Below are positions 61,561 through 64,000 of a DNA stretch of 64,000 nucleotides, in pieces (the first letter of the stretch is position 1; the number at the start of each line of letters is the position of its first letter). The position numbers and the translations under genes were made by a program. The notes beneath the pieces were generated by a model. It was not told the origin of the DNA. It did not search any database and worked only from the letters and a program-made list of their open reading frames with translations. Origin of the DNA: an uncultured virus (IMG/VR IMGVR_UViG_3300030328_002383) (Duplodnaviria; Heunggongvirae; Uroviricota; Caudoviricetes). The DNA is taken from the IMG/VR virus record IMGVR_UViG_3300030328_002383. One strand, given 5' to 3'.

Positions 61561-63015
61561 ATGTCGTGTGGATGCGGTTGTGATAAAGAAGAAGAAGCAA
61601 TAGCAAAAGAGTATGAAGTCTGTTCTTCTTGTACTACTGAAGAAAAATGTGCTGCTCATAATGAATGTATGGGAACAGCAGAAGAAGCAATAGCAGTATT
61701 AGTAGAACCTAATAATACCGAAACACATGAAGAGTTTATGGGTAGATGTATGGGTAACAGTAAAATGAATGAAGAGTTTCCCGATGAAGAACAAAGATAC
61801 GCTGTCTGTATGAAACAACACGAAGGACATAATTTTGCAGAAGAAGCAAAATATGATGATGAAGAAAAGAAAAAAGCATCTGTATGTGGTGTTGGTGAAG
61901 AACTAATAGATGGTGAATGTAGAAGAATAGCAGTTACATTAGATTTACAAATAGAAGATATTACAATGTTAATGGAAGCCTCTGCTGACGGCAAAACAAA
62001 AATTAGAATAGAAGGTATAGCATTCCACGAAGGTAAGAATAAAAATAATTGGTCTTTAACAAAAGAAGGTGCTATTGCTACTATAGAACAAATGGTAGGT
62101 GCTGACGTAACACTATTACATCCTCAACCAAGTGAATATGGTTCGGGCTTTACTAGAAACATGGATGGTGGGGTCGAAGAGGCTACTGTAGGATATATAG
62201 AAAGTGCAGAACTAGTAGATTTAGATGACGGTAAATGGAATGTAAGATATGTAGCCTATGTCGTAAGAGATGAATTATTCCCTAGTTTAGAAGCGGGTCT
62301 TTGGTCTAGAGAAGGTTACGGCGTATCTATAGGAGGTAGTGGCGTACCTATTTTAGCGGAAGAAGATAATATTGTTTTCGGAACCGATTTTACATTCGAC
62401 CATCTTGCTATAGTACATAAACCGGCATATCAGAGAGCAAATATAGAAAAAGTTGAAAGAATTGAAAAAGAGGAAGTTAAGGCAACCTTGATAAGTCATT
62501 CTGAATCTGCATCAGTCAATAAAGGTATGGTAAGGTCTATGTCCGAAGAAGAAAATAATACAATTAATGAAGAAATGGAAGCCCTTCAAGCAGAACTAGT
62601 TCTAGCAAATGCTAGAGTAGCAGAGTTTGAAGCAGAAAAAATTGCGAGAGCAGAAGAAGAAAGAAGTGGTTTTGTTGCTAAAGCATCAGAACTTGGTATG
62701 ACAGGACATGAAGATTTGTCTAAAGATACTTTAGTTTCTCTTATCGCATCATGGGAGGCTGCACACCCAGAGCCAACCCCTGTAGAAATGACCCCTGTTG
62801 AATCAGTAGAAAAAGTTGAGGCATCAGTCGCAGCATCTACAGAAGCAACACCAGTCGTAGCAAATTACCTAAATGGTAAAATGGTTTCTACTGATGAGCA
62901 AATCTATGCTAGAGCATGGAACGCATGGGCTAGTGCTTGGAACAGCACATTAGGCGTAGAAGAAAGAAAGGCTATGGCCGCCCCAACCTATTCCCAAAAA
63001 AAGGAGATGAATTAA
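61561..63015 (+). CDS. Prohead protease fused to scaffold, with Cys-rich N-terminal extension
   Basis: NKNNW, VTLLH, VGYI, GVSIG, FDHLAIVHKPAY; acidic coiled-coil C-terminus. Confidence 0.85.
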   Translation: MSCGCGCDKEEEAIAKEYEVCSSCTTEEKCAAHNECMGTAEEAIAVLVEPNNTETHEEFMGRCMGNSKMNEEFPDEEQRYAVCMKQHEGHNFAEEAKYDDEEKKKASVCGVGEELIDGECRRIAVTLDLQIEDITMLMEASADGKTKIRIEGIAFHEGKNKNNWSLTKEGAIATIEQMVGADVTLLHPQPSEYGSGFTRNMDGGVEEATVGYIESAELVDLDDGKWNVRYVAYVVRDELFPSLEAGLWSREGYGVSIGGSGVPILAEEDNIVFGTDFTFDHLAIVHKPAYQRANIEKVERIEKEEVKATLISHSESASVNKGMVRSMSEEENNTINEEMEALQAELVLANARVAEFEAEKIARAEEERSGFVAKASELGMTGHEDLSKDTLVSLIASWEAAHPEPTPVEMTPVESVEKVEASVAASTEATPVVANYLNGKMVSTDEQIYARAWNAWASAWNSTLGVEERKAMAAPTYSQKKEMN

Positions 63016-63016
63016 G

Positions 63017-63430
63017 ATGGTAGCATATAGTGGTAATGACCCAGTAAACGTAGTAGATATAGCAGAAACTTTCGCAAGCAAAGGACTTTTAGTTAAGTAC
63101 GGTGCAGGTGGAATACTAATGACAGCAAGTGTAACAGATACACCAATCGCTTACACAATAAGCGAGTCAAGCAGAGATGCAGACCAAGCATTAGAAGCAG
63201 CAGGTACAGGAACAGTTTCAGTAGTTGCTCTTGACGGTATTTGCTATCTCAAAGCAGGTGCAGCAACAGCAGCACCTAAGTTTGGAATGTCTGTATATGT
63301 TTCACAGACTGCTGATGATAACGGAACAGTTACAGTAAATGACGCAACCAATTCAGCAGTATTCGTAGGGTACTACTTTGGTGGAGAAGGTGCAATCGCA
63401 TCGGGAGATTTTATTCCTGTATCTTGTTAG
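63017..63430 (+). CDS. Capsid decoration/cement protein
   Basis: Small Ala/Gly-rich beta protein between protease and major capsid protein. Confidence 0.6.
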   Translation: MVAYSGNDPVNVVDIAETFASKGLLVKYGAGGILMTASVTDTPIAYTISESSRDADQALEAAGTGTVSVVALDGICYLKAGAATAAPKFGMSVYVSQTADDNGTVTVNDATNSAVFVGYYFGGEGAIASGDFIPVSC

Positions 63431-63460
63431 ATATAGTATAAATTATAGGAGATGTAAAAA

Positions 63461-64000
63461 ATGGTAAATAATACATTAGAAGAAATATTAAACGTAGAAG
63501 CAGCAACAGGTCCTTTCGGTGTAGAGGATGCAGTCTTAGAGCAAACTCTAAGAGATTTCATACAACTACAATCAAACACAATCGCTATCGCAACTGACTT
63601 AGTTGGTTCAAGAAGCGTTTCTTGGTTAGAGTTCAAATGGTACACAGGAATAACTGGTACATTCAGTTACCCTCTAGATGATGTAGCACTAACTGACCCA
63701 ACCAACATTGGTACAGCAAACTACACAACCAAACTTGAGAAAGGACAGGGTAGAGTTACTTTCCTAGATGCAGTTCGCCTTCGTGGTGAAACATGGGAAA
63801 ACATTGACCGTCAACAACTTGCTATCGTAAGAGCAAGGGCTGACTTAATTGACAACCACATCCTAACAAAACTTGTAGCAGGTGCAGGTCAAACAGAAGC
63901 AGCAACAGCAACATTCGGTGCTGCTAACGCAGACGAAGAATCTGACTTGTTGGATGCTATGGATAAAATCTTTGCTAACGCAAAGGTTACAGGTAACGAG
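63461..64000 (+). CDS. Major capsid protein (HK97 fold), truncated by the window end (not in ORF track)
   Basis: GGAGA RBS, ATG 63461, open to the end: MVNNTLEEIL...KLEKGQGRVTF...ARADLIDNHIL. Confidence 0.85.
   Translation, partial: MVNNTLEEILNVEAATGPFGVEDAVLEQTLRDFIQLQSNTIAIATDLVGSRSVSWLEFKWYTGITGTFSYPLDDVALTDPTNIGTANYTTKLEKGQGRVTFLDAVRLRGETWENIDRQQLAIVRARADLIDNHILTKLVAGAGQTEAATATFGAANADEESDLLDAMDKIFANAKVTGNE

Noticed and set aside
1..64000. Integrated provirus or cellular flanks
   Set aside because: No integrase, att site or housekeeping genes recognised; both ends lie in the virion module, consistent with a permuted viral contig

Overview
This window is most of the genome of a low-GC head-tail dsDNA virus of archaea, most likely a magrovirus-type virus of Marine Group II/Poseidoniales. 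The host call is inferred from archaeal-type replication genes, GGTGA ribosome-binding sites, TATA-like promoters and a GCTD-repeat/LDLa membrane protein. Layout: (1) 1-16.8 kb, + strand: late neck/tail module of siphovirus type (adaptor, tail terminator, tail tube, frameshifting tail chaperones, tape measure, 2379-aa tail protein). (2) 16.8-35.7 kb, - strand: replication/recombination module (ERCC4 nuclease, PriS-PriL fusion primase, Cas4-like nuclease, PolB, clamp, Sak4-like ATPase, GroEL+GroES, SSB, RFC, DenV-like glycosylase, MCM, PAC2-like protein). (3) 35.9-50.2 kb, - strand: small accessory/early genes. (4) 50.2-51.9 kb: non-coding, repeat-rich control region with 11 tandem 17-mers. (5) Terminase operon divergent from the portal, protease and capsid genes; the major capsid gene is cut by the window end. 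The most notable unexplained structure is a box-and-palindrome DNA module (GTACAGCGTTT / TTCAAAGG...CCTTTGAA) present in inverted orientation at about 35.7 and 57.5 kb, with its boxes recurring in the central repeat region. Other leads are several candidate structured RNAs, a viral PAC2-like protein coupled to an MCM lacking its N-terminal domain, and region-dependent avoidance of CCAG[ACG]. All protein assignments come from motif recognition by eye; no searches were run.
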